This document shows, in pieces, positions 61,790-64,000 of a DNA stretch of 64,000 nt (positions are counted from its first letter, which is position 1; every line of letters begins with the position of its first letter). The stretch spans positions 235,958 through 299,957 of the forward strand of contig QPGO01000098.1 of NCBI GenBank assembly GCA_008632985.1. Direction: 5' to 3'. The translations under genes and the position numbers were made by a program. Source of the stretch: Psammoneis japonica (lineage: Eukaryota). The notes under the pieces were generated by a model, which was given only the letters and a program-made list of their open reading frames with translations, did not search any database and was not told the DNA's origin.

Positions 61790-64000
61790 TCTCCATCAAC
61801 AGCACTCAGCTGAAAGCCAGTGCAAATTGGGTTGTTGGTGCACACGTGTTGGAAAACAATGACAACCTTGAAAGAAAGGGGGTCACAAAAGCAAGCCATC
61901 ATCTCTCAGCAGCGGCCACGCAAAAAACATTGAAACAGCAAGCTCAAGCTCATGGAAAGCTCATGCTGCTGCAGAGCCAATGACAAAAACAATGGCTTCA
62001 TCACAGCACAAGCCAACAAAGGGTGCTGTCTGCCAGCACGGGTTTGTTGCCAGCTTTTGAAGAGCTGCTCCTGCACACAGCCCTGTGGCAAAAAAAACAA
62101 GTCACAAAACAGCAGCGCCAGAGTGATCTCAGCATGGCACTGTGCCACATTGAAATGATGTTGCAAGCTTTGGAGTTGTTGGCACCAGGGAAGGTGGCAC
62201 ATGAGTTGTCAGCATTGGAGCAGCAGCATGGCAGGCAGGTGGCAGGTGGTGCATCAGTGCATCAGCAGGTGGCATTTGAGTGCAGCGGGTGGCACCTCAG
62301 CTTGTGGCGGCATTTGGAGCAGTCTTTGTTGGAGCAGCTGGCCAAAAGGTTTTTTGCAGTGAGGTGACAAGCTCCACTTCTTTGTCATCAACCATGCTCA
62401 CCTCACTGGCAATGAGAAAGCTGTCTGAGCACTCATCCACTGCTGGCAGGGATGTGCTCCAGGCAGCCCCGGGTGGAGCTCTCTCTGATGTGGGTCTGCA
62501 GAGAGCTCTGTGTGTGAGCTCTGCAGTTCACACACTGGGCAATGAATGTGTTTGTTTTCAAAATTTGAACAAACAACCACTCAACATTTTGGTGACATTT
62601 GTGCATGCTGGCGCACCCTGCAGACACATCAAAGAGCTGCTTCATGCAAAAACTGTGCAAAAAGTTGTTGAATGGATTGCCCAACAACTGTGCTACAAAC
62701 TGACACAAAATGTCACCAAAGTCATGCAAAAAAATGCATGTGCACAATGCACAACCTGTGGTGCACATGAAACAAAAACTCAAACTTGATTTCACTCAGT
62801 GGAGTCGCACCTTTGCCCAGCAACAGTGGCGCTGGCTGGCCCACACTTCCAGCACACCCTCCTGGGGGTGAAGCAGAAGCTCATGCAGTCAGCCAGTCAA
62901 TGTGCCACTTTGCAGTGACGCACACCAGAGACCACTTGTTGAGATGAAGCTCTGCACAAGAATGAGGACATTGCTTTCTTTTGGAGAGAACACAAAGCAC
63001 CCAAACTGCCACAGCAAAGGATGGTCACGTTGTTCAGAAGAGGATTCAAAGTTGGCACAAACTCTGAGAAAAAAACCTTGCTTCCAAGGATGGGTCTTGT
63101 CTTTAACAAAGACTGGCCAAGTTCCACATTTGCATGTGATGGAGCAAAAGCAAACAGCTCACTGCTTGCTGGCAAGTGTGGAAGAGGGGCCATTCAGGAC
63201 TTCATGCAGGTGTTTGAAACAGGGAGCCTTGGCAACATGATGAGAAGGATGTTGGAAGAAACACTGCTCTCACACAGAAGTGACAGCAAATCTTGCACAG
63301 AAATGCCAATCCTTGCAGCAAATGGATGATTGTCCAGTGGTGCCAATGGTTTGTCCAAACAAACACACACAAGCACCACAGCAGGAACAGTGCTTTCACC
63401 ACATGAAGTGAAGAAATTGAGCAGCCAGCAGGAGAAAAGGAAATTGTTGAGGGCTGATGGGTGTGGATGGAAGTTCATTGCATGGGAAACATTGTGGTTG
63501 TCAGTTGGTGTTTCTGAAGTGTGCAGAATTTGCACCAGATCCTGCACAGAAAATGCGCCCAATCTGCAAAAAATTGCCAAATGAGTTGACAAGCATGCAA
63601 ACCACAAGACATCAATGCCAGTCATTTTCCATTGGAAAGTGCTGCATTTCATCCTGAAATGAGGGGGCACCAATGTCAGAAGTGGCCAAAAGGGTTTCAG
63701 GGGACCCAGTGAAACACCATCTGAGAACACATGCAGGGGCTGTGAGTGGGCAGCTCATGTCAGGAAATGTGTGGTGCATGACCAAAACAATGCCAATGTC
63801 ACAACCCAGCAGTGTGAGGCCCCACTCAGAGCTGGAGACTGTGTGTTTTGGGACATGCAGATGTCATTTGCCGGGACAAGCTTCTGTGCCTTCTTGCATC
63901 CCATCCCTTGGTGGTGACACATGCAGTGCAGCAGGTCAAACAATTTTTTGGCACAGCACATTTCAAAAAAATCCTCTTCTCACCTTTTGCTTGCCATTTT
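61790..64000. other. TpA/CpG-depleted decayed repeat domain running off the window end
   Basis: Only about two TA seen in 2.2 kb; TG/CA-rich. Confidence 0.88.
62453..62820 (+). mobile_element. Decayed copy of the MITE-like family
   Basis: gctccaggcagccccgggtggagctctctctga..gagctctgtgtgtgagctctgcag ... accaaagtcatgcaaaaaaatgcatgtg. Confidence 0.55.

Overview
Eukaryotic nuclear DNA, almost certainly a diatom. Evidence: short GT-AG introns, ASAF-type plastid presequences, DUF6824 and other diatom-type families, and a CoDi-like copia gag. Compact ordinary gene blocks (tyrosine phosphatase, alpha/beta hydrolase, GH18 chitobiase, spherulin-4, MinE, FG-GAP protein, 2OG-Fe(II) oxygenase, RBR ligase, FabG, AP-4 mu, CDC20) alternate with repeat-derived domains at ~3.3-12.5 kb, ~24.6-25.6 kb, ~26.7-41.2 kb and ~58-64 kb. 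Main observation: in these repeat domains the dinucleotide TpA is almost erased by conversion to TpG or CpA, in addition to and apparently ahead of CpG decay. This is visible in alignments of repeat copies within the window and in conserved Tyr residues turned into His/Cys. It resembles a repeat-targeted hypermutation process running opposite to fungal RIP. Second highlight: a complete 4.9-kb ISL2EU-like (PHIS) DNA transposon with TIRs and an AT target-site duplication. Its single reconstructed ORF fuses an EXO1/XPG-type nuclease, SWIM, THAP and a Harbinger-type DDE domain. Several ordinary genes carry 1-nt frameshifts that look like assembly errors. All counts and alignments were done by eye.
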